Source: Perkinsus olseni
Taxonomy: Eukaryota
Length of the DNA stretch: 64,000 nt
Assembly (NCBI GenBank): GCA_013115125.1
Contig: JABANN010000103.1
Coordinates: forward strand, 1 to 64,000
Reading direction: 5' to 3'
A model generated the notes under the pieces. It was not told the DNA's origin. It searched no databases and was given only the letters and a program-made list of their open reading frames with translations. Of the stretch, positions 1 through 12,000 are shown piece by piece (within the stretch, counting starts at the first letter, position 1; each line of letters starts with the position of its first letter). Made by a program: the position numbers and the translations under genes.

Positions 1-1034
1 GTAGACATTTAAAGTGATGCCCTTCAATGGCTTTTTCTCTCGGGGCACTTTGAATTTTGGTACCACCGTGCGCCCGAATCTATGGAAAGGCACGGGGACT
101 CTTACTCCTGGTCTCTGCGAATATTCTCCGCGGCTCGGCTGGTCGTAATTTAGTTGCGGCTCCACACTGTGGCACAGTGTGGAATTCACAGCACTCTGAT
201 TCCTGGTCCCTGCGCTGGGGGTCCACGCTAGATTGCACTTACCCTCAATCTGCGAATTGAGTGGTTTTCTAGGCTATTGATCAGTTTTAGAGTGCTCCAC
301 ATCTTAAGCTAACTCCGGAAGAAGATTCGCAATTCGGCACAGAGGAAGTGCTCCCACCGGAGCCAACAGTTCCGATGATGCCAGGGTCTCACATAGGGCC
401 ATCGAGTAGTGCGAATGGGCAGGGTAAGCTGTGCGGATGTGGTCTCGCTTACACTCTTCGTTGGCTCTCCATTGGTTTTTTCGTACTTGCGGAGCTTTCA
501 GCGTTTCGCTCTGTGCATTGGCGCGCCTGCTCCAGTGTTTCTAGAGGGCTTTCTTGAGTAGCCTTCAGAGGTCAGTTCATAGAGGAAGCTGTTGCTTCTC
601 ATTCCCAGAGCCTCCGATCGCTCCGTCTCTCTTGCTTAAATCTTCCCTGCTGGCTGCACCACCGGACACGGCTTCTAAGGCAGCTTCAGTAGTACTCATG
701 CACAAACAGGGGCAGGTGTGGAATGTTTGATAGACGATGAATGCTAATGTGTTGGCCGTTCGTAGATTCAGCAGCCTGTGGCTGCTGGGGCGTCTGCGTC
801 CGATACATTCTTGGCCGCTACGCGAAACCCCGATGGGATGACTATACCAGCCCTGCCTAGTATAGCAATGCACGCTGTAAGATTGAGAGGTCGTGGGCTC
901 GATTTCGGGTGAGTGGAGCAATTTCGTCGTCAGGTTTGTACACACGTCTTCCACGATGCATCCCGGTCCTTCCAATCGCCTCTGGCCGAGGTCACTGCGG
1001 AAACCCTCACTTTGGCGTCGGTGACCTCACGGTG
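1..1034 (+). CDS. 3' part of a spliced hypothetical protein (starts before the window)
   Basis: Coding-like Pro/Ser-rich stretches flanked by gtaag/gtgtgg...ag introns; putative last exon VCTHVFHDASRSFQSPLAEVTAETLTLASVTSR* ends at about 1034. No recognisable domain. Confidence 0.3.
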
Positions 1035-1211
1035 AGATAAGATATCTGAGGGTTGCTTGGCTTCAGTCAGCGCAAATGCAAATCAGCGCTCGCTGAACGA
1101 GCAGCTTGTGTGAACGCGCTGTGAATCGCTCTACGATATACCCGGGATCTCTAAGGATTTTCGAGAGGAAGCTCCGCTGTCAGGTATGACCAGAAGTTTT
1201 CTACTTGCATA

Positions 1212-1975
1212 ATGTTGCAATCTGCAGCTCCATCGAATGTCGACCCTCGGAGTTCGGATTATCGGTATCATTTCCAGCGCCATCGAGCAGAGGCAGATAG
1301 GAAAGCCGAGAAACTGGCCGGGCTCTCTCGGCGGTATCCAGCGCAAATCTTGCCGGAAGCGCAGCAGCGTCCACCAAGAGTCCTGCGCGATCCCATTTTC
1401 GATGTGGTCGTGACGCCTCCGACCTTCAAGTCGAAATCAGCGGAGCCAAGCCAGCAGGTTGCCAATGTTGTACGGACTCATGGCTATGATTTCAAGCCAA
1501 TGGACGGATCATCCACCCAGACTCAGCAGGGTTAGCCCAGCTGAGTACTTGGGAGGCCTTCTGTTGTTTTTTTTAGTTCTGCACCATTACGCTGAACCCT
1601 GTGGCGAGTCGTGTTGAGCCACTTATAGTGGGCACTCTGTACCAGTTGAGCAGTGAGCTGCTTACTCAGTATGTGCCATTTCGATTCTAATGAGATGTAA
1701 ACTGGGTCACATTTGGTGAGTTCGTAGGCATATTTTATGCGCTGCTGCTCAGTGTAAATCTGGTGTAGTCTGGCATGCCTCTTATACCACTATCACCCTA
1801 GCTTATATGACTGTCCGAGGCTTTCGACAAGGAGAGTAGACGTTTAGGATTCTTCTATGGGATTCACGCCCTTCTCGCTGCAACGTAACGCTTCGTCGGC
1901 CACTATTTGCCGTTCATACAGGTGGTCTGCGTAGTCCCGAGTTTCTGGTCTTTGCAGCCTGCAAATTGCAGGTAG
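1212..1975 (+). CDS. Spliced hypothetical protein
   Basis: Long first exon MLQSAAPSNV...TQQ ends at a gttag donor, followed by further short exons with T-rich acceptors. End approximate. Confidence 0.4.
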
Positions 1976-2045
1976 TCTCATATCTCCTCAGAACTATCTG
2001 TATTCGAAAATACGTCAGTTTTTGTTATCTTCTCTTCTCCTTGCA

Positions 2046-3176
2046 ATGAAGAGTGACTCTCAAGTGGTAAGCCTCGAACTAAGGCTGATCGAGTATCTTT
2101 GGGGCCGCAATCCGAAGTCCAGCGGTCCCATCGCAGAGCTTGAGGCCTGCATCCGAGACTATCTGCCTCCTGCTGGCTATTCCCTGGACTGCCCCAAGGA
2201 GCGTGTAACACTGACATCTCAACCAGAATTCCTCCTTCCTAGGGGGGACGCTATGGTAGGAGTACATGCTACGTGGAACGAGCTCACACTCTGGCCAGTG
2301 GCCAATGGGGGAGAAGTCACCGTCCTAGAGCCTGGTTGCGACCCTCGCGGAAGCCTTTTCGCCTATGACCGTGATGCGGATCGGTTGATGGTCCTTCATG
2401 ATAGCAATAACAGGTTGATGATACACTACGTGGGTGAAGGGAGCAGGCCGCCGAGTCTGATAGCTGTCAAGGGCATCCCCTCCAACGTTATCAATGGCAC
2501 TATAACCTTTGGTCATGGTTATCTGTATTGCGCTTTTACTCAAAGGAACGTTCTGGAAGTCTACTGCATCAAGGTTGACGGGAGTGGGGGTGGAGCTTTG
2601 GCCCGGATGGTTTGGTCGCATGCCGTTGCCCCCAATGTGCCATGCCCGCCCAATCTCAAATGTAGAGGGACTGAAAACGGAGTGGTCGATGTCATGTTCC
2701 GAGCCAGAGTCGATGGCTTCCGCCTAGCCACGCTGAGGCTCAATACGGAAGGCCTACCAGTGGTTGCGAGTTCTACTCTCTACAGGCTGCCGGAGCTCGA
2801 TGGTCGACTTCAGAATCTCGAACCTCAGTACGTTGGCTTCATCGGTGAAAATTGGATCGGTGCACTAGGCGAACGTTTGTCGACCAGTCCTGGCTCGGCT
2901 GGAGGGAAGTCATACTGGCTGATGGTAGTTGGCCGTGACGGCCACTTTGTTGGCTGTGCTATGAAGGGTGCTGGCTCCATTGACGTTAAGCAAGTCGTTG
3001 CTGGTGTTGGAGACACTGTGTATATCTTGGTTGAGACGAAGTCAACGCTAAGTGAATGGAAATCGGGTTGGTCGTCGGGTACGCCTGGTGTGCAGAGCTG
3101 CGACCTTCATGCTCTTCATGTTTACAAAGGAGATGGTGAACGCAGTATCAGCCGTCTCGACATTCCTACCCTATAG
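2046..3176 (+). CDS. Intronless hypothetical protein, beta-rich body with N-terminal helical LEACIRDYLP motif
   Basis: Uninterrupted ORF of about 376 aa from ATG 2046; alternating hydrophobic beta-strand pattern suggests a propeller-like fold (inference). Confidence 0.7.
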   Translation: MKSDSQVVSLELRLIEYLWGRNPKSSGPIAELEACIRDYLPPAGYSLDCPKERVTLTSQPEFLLPRGDAMVGVHATWNELTLWPVANGGEVTVLEPGCDPRGSLFAYDRDADRLMVLHDSNNRLMIHYVGEGSRPPSLIAVKGIPSNVINGTITFGHGYLYCAFTQRNVLEVYCIKVDGSGGGALARMVWSHAVAPNVPCPPNLKCRGTENGVVDVMFRARVDGFRLATLRLNTEGLPVVASSTLYRLPELDGRLQNLEPQYVGFIGENWIGALGERLSTSPGSAGGKSYWLMVVGRDGHFVGCAMKGAGSIDVKQVVAGVGDTVYILVETKSTLSEWKSGWSSGTPGVQSCDLHALHVYKGDGERSISRLDIPTL

Positions 3177-3467
3177 AGCCTCTCTGCTGAAGATGCGCGG
3201 GCAGTGATTTAGAGTCGCCGCGTAAGCCCCGCTGTAGATCAATTATTTACTGCTTTACGCAGGTTACTTAGATATCGTTCTTTACGCCATTACTGATGTA
3301 GTGTGGAGTCACTTCAATCTTGGTGGGTTGAGTAGGGCTATAAAAAATACAGCTCGTCTGAGCGGCCTGGTCGATCGCCTCTTTCTCTCCTTGAGATCCA
3401 CGTTTGATGTGGTGCGCCGGGCGTTCGTGGATGTGGCCAACTGTTCTTGTCAGAGTCCCAAGCTGTT

Positions 3468-4460
3468 ATGTCAGCAGAGTCTCTTTCGAAGAAAAGATTG
3501 GAAGAAGCGCGCAGCATCGCCGAGCATCTGGCGAGACTGGTGGAGCTTGCGGATAGGCATTTATCCGAGCGGCCGGAAGAGGAGTCACCCATGAAAGAGA
3601 CTTATCCGACCCACGCACGACAAGATGTGGGCGCAATCATTTTTTTAATGCTGCTCACCGGAGCAGCTAGAAGCCAGATCAGTTCAGAAAGTCATCAATC
3701 ATGCGATGGGCCGTTGGGTGCCCTACAAATCGTCCGCGGCTATTATGGCCAGGCTCGATCGTCGCCCTCTCCGAAATCTTCGCCGGGATTCCCGCGAGCT
3801 CTCTGTGATGTGCTGAATAGTTTAAAATATATTCGAGTACTCCCATTCGAGATTTCTTGGCGCTTAGTTTGTCCTTCACGTTCATCGCACGCGTAAGTCG
3901 TTCCATCAGCTTTCTCGTGTATTCTCTTGACCCCAATCAAGCCATATCATTCACTCTCGGGAGGCTTTTTTGCCCTTCAGTTGGAATCAGAATTGTATTT
4001 ACTGAAGACGGAAAATGATCTACTGAAACAAAGGTGCCAAAAAGAAGGGAGGGTTGCGACGCTTACTGAGGAGATGGGCGAATTGGTGAGCAGTATAAAT
4101 GTCGTTGGCGAATGACGCTATGGCGACGGAATCTGTAATATCTTTCTCAGTATGGCGCTCTTGCAGGTTCGGATGCAAGCCGCGACAATCAGTCGCCTCG
4201 AGGACGAGTTGAAGAACACAAGGGAGGAATGCCGGCAACTGAAACAGCGACTGCAGCTTAAATCTCGGAAGGCCAAGGAGAACTCCATCACGCAAGACAA
4301 CCTGACGCCGAGGCAGAAGGGGATGAATGGTGGCGGAGTGAGCTCTCTCATCGAGAAGTACTCGCCTTCGGAAGGCTATACGCCCTCGAGAATCAGCCTG
4401 TCACATAGAGGCAGTGGGTTTGGTGTGACTAGGGAGTTCTCCGATGATACTATTAATTGA
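3468..4460 (+). CDS. Spliced coiled-coil hypothetical protein
   Basis: Heptad-rich exons (KKRLEEARSIAEHLARLVELAD; LESELYLLKTENDLLKQRCQKE; ISRLEDELKNTREECRQLKQRLQLK). Confidence 0.45.
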
Positions 4461-5352
4461 GATGTCGGCCATGAAAGTGGCTTCAAAAAGTCCTCCGGTT
4501 ATTGAGTTGACAGTGACTTCTTGCGGAGCGCAATTCGCGTTCGAGCCAAGTTTGGCGACTACGACTTGACTCCATTTGGAGGACATCACGTGATCCGCTC
4601 CCATTCTACTCGTGTGATTCGGTGTGAGATCCAGTCGTCGCGAGTTCCTCGTCGGTCGAATCAATGGAAAGTGAGAAAGTCTCGACTTAGGCTACGCTAG
4701 ATTCTGGCATAGATCGGCGTTCGGGTCAGGGAACGGTCAGGACGTCGGAACTGAACAGGTTGTTTCCCATAAATGGAGAGGTCCCACTTATGAAATTGGC
4801 TTGTCAGTCGAGAGACGTACAATCCTGGAGCCGATCAGACTTGTAACGTGTAGTATCTATCGAACACAGTAGGCTCAGTGCCGCGTGTTGCAGGGACAGC
4901 TTCGTCTTCGTTGACTTTATTCCGGCCAGCTGCTGCGCTCGCCCACAGGGGGTAGCCGAAAGGATGTTACTCCATCTCAAGCTGATGCCCGGTGGCGATT
5001 GCCTGCACCGACGGAGCGAGCGCAGGAGCTCAAGTCCGCTCCGGTTTATCGGATAGTATTCGTACTGGAAACTTTATTGGCCACTCTAGATGGCGACAGG
5101 GATGGGGGTTCGCGTCTTAGAAAGTGCAAATCCTCTCAGTTAGTTTAAGCTCTGCGTCCGCAACGAGGGACATGAGGGATCGCCTCGGTGGGCGAGCTCC
5201 TTGTATTGTTATTGTCAGGTTCACCGAGGTCTGCCCGACAGCATCCTGATGGCCACGGGGGTCCTTCTGGAGAAAAAAGAACAGAGTCGAATGCGGAACC
5301 AATCATCTCCTCGGTCGCCGGGCAGGACAGGAGCCTGATCGCCTGGGGAGCC

Positions 5353-7908
5353 ATGCCGTCCCTCTCGGCACAGAGGTATCTTCACCTCTCCGCCCTGGTT
5401 GGTGGTCTTGGCTCCATCACATCGCTGGCTATACCATTCCTATTGAAGGACATCATGCACCTTCATCCAGCCGAGACTGGTAGTTCTTTACCGCATGGGT
5501 CACTCTCTCATACAGCGTTCCAGCGCTGCTCGGGGCTATCGCATCCATACCGATGCTTTTCAAGCCGGCAGTGGCAATGGCTTCGGACAATCTTCCTCTC
5601 CTAGGATACAGACGCAAGCCTTACCTCGTAGGTTAGTTCGTCCGCTACCGAGCTTCATCACCCGTCAATCGTGACAGGTCCTGGGTTCGATGTCTCACAG
5701 CATGAGCTTGATCGCTCTGGCTCACTTGCCCGCAGCCACAGGTTTCGTGCCCATCGCGTTAATCGTACTGGCGATGTCCACTGCCAGTGCGGTGGTTGTT
5801 ACCGTCAAGGACACACTCATGGTGGGGCACTATATTTTTGGCTCGGGGGCGGTACGACGCACTGTGAACCCTCACAGAGTTAAGCATTCAGGCAGCCTGA
5901 ATCAGGCTGAGAGGATTTAAACATAGCGGGACGCAAGCCAAGGATCTAAACATTGCTAACATAGGCCCTGCCAATTTGGCAGTGTCGAAGGACCTTCGGT
6001 CCGGGCGGACGTGGCCCAGGGCCAGTAGTCCTGAGGAAGCTCGAGAATCTTATAGACTAATTTGGACTTCCCCGATAGGGCGAGTGCGATTCGCTTGATT
6101 GAGTAGCGTTCGCTCGTTCTATTGATCGAGACAAAATTTTTCGTCGCAAACTTCCAACTCCCAAGAGTCTCGTACTGAATACCACCACGGTCCCTTGGCT
6201 GTCATTTAGTTACAGGAGAGCAGCCGTGAGCAAGCAGATGGATCTCACTTGATCTCCGACATGTCTATTTTGGCCACTGGAGGGTCGCTCTCGGTAAGAG
6301 CAACCGAACGGCAATCTCTCCACACCTGTCAGACATTGAATCCTCTTATCACATTCATCAGCTAACGGAAGTTTGCGATGGCTGAGTGTGCTTAGGGCTT
6401 AAACGTACCGTTTGGAGCCTTCAGGTGTCCTACCTTTCCGGAGCTTTGCTTCACGTGATAACCTGCCAGAGCCTCATACGATTCTCAGCTGCCGGCCCCC
6501 TCCTACTCACTGGAGCAGCGATTCTAATGGAGGAAGAACCAATACACCATTTCCGATCTCGAACAACTCTATTCAGGCCACCCGTAGTCGAGTCGGTGCT
6601 CAGTGGAGCCGCCTCACTGAGTGGACCGCTGAAGCTTCTCACCGCCACCATCTTGGTCCCCTCGTACAGTACGGCCCTTTTCTACTACTTTGTAGGATCA
6701 CGGTGTTCTCGCCCTCTCGATGGTACTCATCTGAGATGAGTGACTCATCATGAGTCATCTCACCAGTTTGGGCGGCCATTAGGGGCTTCTTTCAGCCTCT
6801 CAATGAGCCGCTTCACGGTATTTGTGTCTGCTTAAGCAATAACTTCGCTTCTGTCCAGACCTCTCCGGTGCTGCACTTCACCCCGGAAATCATGGGGAGA
6901 CTTCAAGTATGCGGTTCTCTGGCGTCCGTTGCGGCTGCCTTGGTGTATAAGAAGTACCTGTCGCGAAGAATCATGGCGCATCAGCTTGTGAGCTCCGCCT
7001 GAAACAGCTCCGACTAGATTATTAAGCAACTATCCCGCTTTGTGCATTGACCTGGTTTGTCCCGTCTCGAGTCGATTGTTCGCTCCTCTTCGCAGATGAA
7101 GGTGGTATCGTGGGCATCAGTGCCTGTAGCGGCCTCAAGTCTCCTCCTCACTATCCCAGCATTCGAGGGTCGACTGAATCCTATTCGCGTTGCTCTTTTT
7201 AGGTCGGAGCCATCTCCACCCGAGGTTGCATGTCAGTGCTCTCAGGCACGTTTTGCTTGAGTTCGGCTCCGTGCTCACTTATTTACCCATAACCACGCAA
7301 CTCGCGAAGTCGGCGCCCAAGGAAGGTTCGGGAGTCTACTTCGCCATATTCTCTTCTAGTGTTGAAGCTTTGAACCTGGCAAGCTCCGTTGTATCGTCTG
7401 AAGTCACCAACGTGAGCATTCTCATGCCTGCTCTACCCAATCATCATGGCGCTATGTTGGATCCATCTTTTTGATCATGAAGCATTGGATGCGGCTCACC
7501 GGTGGATAACATGAGCTTGTTGACTTGGCTGGCGCGCTGCATATTTATTAATCTGTACTCTTCTGAGTCTTCGAATAGGAGCAGATGACTGTTCTCTCGC
7601 CGCGCGCGATACCCAGGCTGAGTATCGTAGCGCTGGGTAACCCAGCGCCAATTCGTCTTCTGCTTGGCGTTGCATGTAGGCTTCTCCTACGTACAGCGTC
7701 TGCTCAGGTGCTTGGCGTCACTTCCGGAAACTTCACAAACTTGACGCCGCTGATAGTCCTCTGCACCGCCTGCAACACCATCCCGCTTCTCGTGACATTA
7801 AATGTGGATGACGGTGGTAACGGAGACCCAGCACCAGGTGGAGGCGATGAAGAGCCAGGGTCATTCCTACCGAGCGGTGAGGAGTTGCTATCATTGGAGC
7901 ATATATGA
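5353..7908 (+). CDS. BT1 family folate/biopterin transporter (MFS)
   Basis: Spliced translation gives FLLKDIMHLHP, FKPAVAMASDNLPLLGYRRKPYL (BT1 signature), LAKSAPKEGSGVYFAIFSSS and LGVTSGNFTNLTPLIVLC, plus multiple TM helices. Confidence 0.85.
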
Positions 7909-8565
7909 TCCCATGCCCTCTGTGCGACCGTGGACCGTAATTCTGTTGCGTTAGTATCAATAGGATACATAATCCTGTACAGGGTGTGGTCTGTTGCGGA
8001 CTATAGTCGAGTTCGACGGCACCCGTCTCGGCGGGAGCATTCGTATTGTATACCTGAAATAGGCCAAGTCGCACCAGCGTTTTCCACTTAACACAATCCA
8101 CGCTTGTCCAACGCATCTGCACGAGTCCTTCGGGGTACTTCACAGACTATCACCTCACCCGAAAGGTTTGAAGACGAACTCGTCGCCCCTGTCACCGCGT
8201 CGGAGGGTCCCACGGTGAGACCGTCTCAGGTGCCGCCAGCGAGCATGTGGATCGCTACGAGCCCACCCTTGCAGCCTTCCCTAGGTTGAGGAGATCACAT
8301 ATCCGCTCGTGAGTGGGCCTAGTCTTGATAGGTGAATCGTGCAGTTCGAGCGCCATCCCAGGTTTGACAAGCGTGTTGGCTCGCCTGCACGGCTCGACAC
8401 TCATCCGCCAGGTAGGACCTGTTGCAACTCCCTCTTGCCCCCGATCTTCATTCTTGTGCTGTGGGGAACTACTTAACATTGCGCTTGTTTTTTTTCGGGT
8501 TTGGGATGTCTGAGAGCTCTTACGTACGTCCGCTCAACTCTCCCTTCCACCTTCATTAGTCTTCG

Positions 8566-9000
8566 ATGAGTGTATCGGTAGGCAATGTTGTTTGCTTTCC
8601 AGGTGTGGGCAGGAATGTCTTTAAGCACTGGAGTGATCGGAAGACCGCAAAGATGATGCATGAATTGCTACTCACGGATTACAACTCCGAGCTTGGAGAC
8701 GTGGACAACGAAGTGCTCCTGTCGGCTAAGCTCTGGACGAAAGAAGCACTCCGTGCCACCCAGCAGGTCAGCGAGGGTTGGTTAAATTTTTCTGTTGCTT
8801 TCGTAACAGTGTTGCTCACAGGCAATAGACTTCGCACGGGAAGCCAGCCATTTTGGACATGGGAACCACACAAGCCATGTCCACCATCACCAATATGAGC
8901 CACGTGCCCTCCATGCCTCATGTGAAGATCAGGCGATAACCTTGTGGCATTGTGCGGCTTGCTTGAAATACCGGAGACGGGAACTCGTTCTCTGAGATAG
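8566..9000 (+). CDS. Hypothetical coding exons; may be further N-terminal exons of the downstream PDE gene
   Basis: Exon-like GVGRNVFKHWSDRKTAKMMHELLLTDYNSELGDVDNEVLLSAKLWTKEALRATQQ bounded by cag/gtcag. Gene limits unresolved. Confidence 0.3.
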
Positions 9001-9040
9001 AGCTGTCCGGACCGATATGCAGCAAAGCGTTGCGTTATCA

Positions 9041-12000
9041 ATGGAAAATTTGGCGTTCATCTTTTCCTCAAGCTTACCGTGGCAGCTATCTTCCCGTTTT
9101 CTACTGTTTACTGCATAATATAAGATAAGACCACGAACTAACAGCAAGAGGGTTTCTCGGCTACCTTCGAGACCGAACATTCGAGCACGATTCTCAGAGT
9201 TTGAAACGTCTCAATCAAGCTGTGGTCATCGTTTGCAGTTTGTGCATGTTTGTGATCATCCTCTTTGATGTGGGCGTATGACTTCCTCGCATCCGATCCA
9301 CCTATAGCCAGGAGGCTGAGCTCGCACCTGCGAGCCAATAATGTCGTCCTCAAGTGCTGGCAGAATGACAAGGAGTACGACTGTCGTCTGCCGCGTTATT
9401 GATTGAAACGCTCCATAGAGATGCTCGGGACTTCTTCTCAGTCTCCCGCCAAACTTCAGATCGCCTGGGATGGCACGACTCTCGCGCTTTCTTCTGTATC
9501 TTCTCATGTGAGAATGCCCCCATCATAAGTGCGAGCTTCTGTGCGACTAGCGGAATCAGTTACGGTTCGGTGTCTGGTATCTTGATGTCGACGAGAAGTC
9601 ACGACTATGGGATCGGCTGTCGAATGAGATCTGCTTGCAAGCTTGGCTGCGTCGTGGACTCTTTTCCTCTTTCATCCTGCGAGAAGCATCTGGACATGGT
9701 ACGGTGAACGCGCATAACGAACTCATTGTCTGCCTTGAGATGATAGGTTATCACATTTGGCGGAAACGAATACTCAGCATTATATCTCTATAAGAAGCCG
9801 CTAGATGAGTTCGGTGCAACATCTAGTATCTTCGCAGACTTCTGCGCTCCGAGCATCCCGGCTTATGACACACTGTCAGAGATTGAGGCCGCTAAACTTT
9901 GGGATGGCCGGCTTCCCAGGTGAGGTCCATGCATATCGAGCGGCTCGTTTCGGGAGCGTGCTCGCTTGTCTAGGACTGGAATATGTTTCCCAGCGTGCAA
10001 GGCGGAAGGGTATGATGCTGCTCAATCCATTAGTCTCGAGGTGAGAAAAACGCTCTCTGAATAGGATACTATTGACGTGGCCAAGACGTGCTCTTACATG
10101 TATTTTTATCTTTCTACAATAGGACGAATTGAGCCTTGATGCTCTCCCTGCCGGAAAGGCACTCACCATGACGTTATACGCGGCTAGTGGTGACAGTAGA
10201 CCCTATTGCTCGCAGCTTGGCATAGATATCGAGGAACATGATTTGCTGTGTGTTGAGCCGGAAGACGGCTGTGAGACTGACTCTTTCCGAAACGAGGTAG
10301 GCCGATCGTAGGGGCAATACGCGCCGAGGTTGAGTGCAGGTGTGCTACAGTGGGCAACAGAAAGACCATGGGGCCATCTGCATATCGTGGGGACGCGTCT
10401 TCCTGGCGATACTCTGCAGCGCCCCGACCCAGTTCGTCCTCGATGTTCTTCTTTTGTAATTCAGAAGCTCGTCCCAGGTGTCACTTCCCGGCGTCCATAT
10501 GTCGTGCTCAGACTGATTGCCATCAGCGATAGTGGTTACAAGTCGCAGCTTGGCGAGCATGACTTAGCTGATACTGCTGTGGTTGCAGCCTCTCGCAAGT
10601 GCACCTTACAATGGCTCCTCCTAAGCGTCTTCGTAGCACTAGTTCTGGTCGTTTCCAGCGACGTCTTCCACACGATAAAGTAACGCTCTGACCGAGATTC
10701 ATTATCCCGAGGGATTGCGCGCTCAGGTATGGACGACCTCTATCTTTTCTCGTTTTCTGGTTTGCAGTCTTTGTGTTAGACCAGCTACGCAACCTCGCCT
10801 TCCAAGCCCTGATCTGGTGGGTGGAGCGGGGTCGGCCTATTTATAATTCTTACAGGTTCGTGCTTATGCGGAAACTTGGTCGTGTGCGAGTTGAGCCCGA
10901 CCAGAACCCTCCTGGCTCCTCACTAACTACCGGTAGTGATGGTCACCAAGGAGAGGCGCATGAGCCGAGTGGGTCGCTGTATCTGCCGATCATTCCACTA
11001 GATCGTTTCAATCAGGTCCTTGGCAGCTCCTCCGTGGGCTGACCATACTTGTAGTTGACTCCAGGGGTTTCGAATTCTCCGTGTATGGTCTAGTTGGTGT
11101 CTACGCTCTCTTTATTCTTGCAGCCCTAGGTGGGGCTGAGCTATGTGTCTCCTGCTAGCATTTAGACCCTCAGGCATCGAAGAGTACGTGAGTGAGGCTG
11201 TCAGCGATGTCTTCGAGACAGTGGACACAGTCTTCCTCGTGTTCTTCCTGCTGGAAATAATAATGAGACTCATGTATAACCTCGCTTGTCATTGAACGCG
11301 TCACTGCTCTCTTTAGCGCGGAGACAGGATACTGGTACCTCAATGATCGGTGGAACCTGTTCGACTTCGTCATTGTTGTGGGCTCCTTTGTGGCGAAGGT
11401 ATTGGGGCGCGGTGGTCCCTTCTTTCACTGCTAGCGGAGGAACGATCAGTGATGGGCCATTTCCAGATTGCAGATTGCGGCCCCCGGGAATGCTAAGTCC
11501 TTCACCATCCTGAGGCTTTTTCGTTTACTTCGGCTTGTGCTTGCCTTGCGCAAAGCGGGTAGAAGCAGGAAAAAGCGCCGCGGCCATCACGGTAGGATTT
11601 CTTGGTCTTCACCTCTTCAGTGGAGCCTGCAGGTGCCGACACCGCATTACAGTTCAGCTCTCGAGTTGACAGAGTAATGGACATCCTCCGCGAGGTGCGA
11701 GAGACTAAGGGTCTATCTGGACCCATGCGCGAGAGAGTCAACTGGGCTTCTGAGATTATCAATACCAACAACCTATACACTATATCGGTCACAGCAGGGA
11801 AGCGCGGCACATCAGGGGGGGACGGCGATGACGAGCTCGCGGCCATTCGGCAAGAGATCAATGAGTGGCTGGCTCTCGGCAGGTGATTCTGTGCCTCAGT
11901 TTGTCTGACATTACTCAGCCACCTCGGCGACAAGTCCTGCCCTTGAGTTGAATCTCCATCCTCAGCGCGAGTGCTAAGACAAGTACCAAAACATGGCGAG

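Noticed and set aside
4672-4845. gaaagtctcga ... tcagact resembles RNase P/MRP P4 halves
   Set aside because: No convincing P1 helix or other conserved regions seen.
4848-4858. GTGTAGTATCT matches the U2 snRNA branch-pairing region
   Set aside because: Only 11 nt; U2 stem I and stem IIa sequences are absent on either side.
11016-11591. Hv1 proton channel or ordinary voltage-gated ion channel
   Set aside because: No S1 Asp or S4 Trp signature, no S5-S6 pore exons, and the frame continues into PDE-type sequence.
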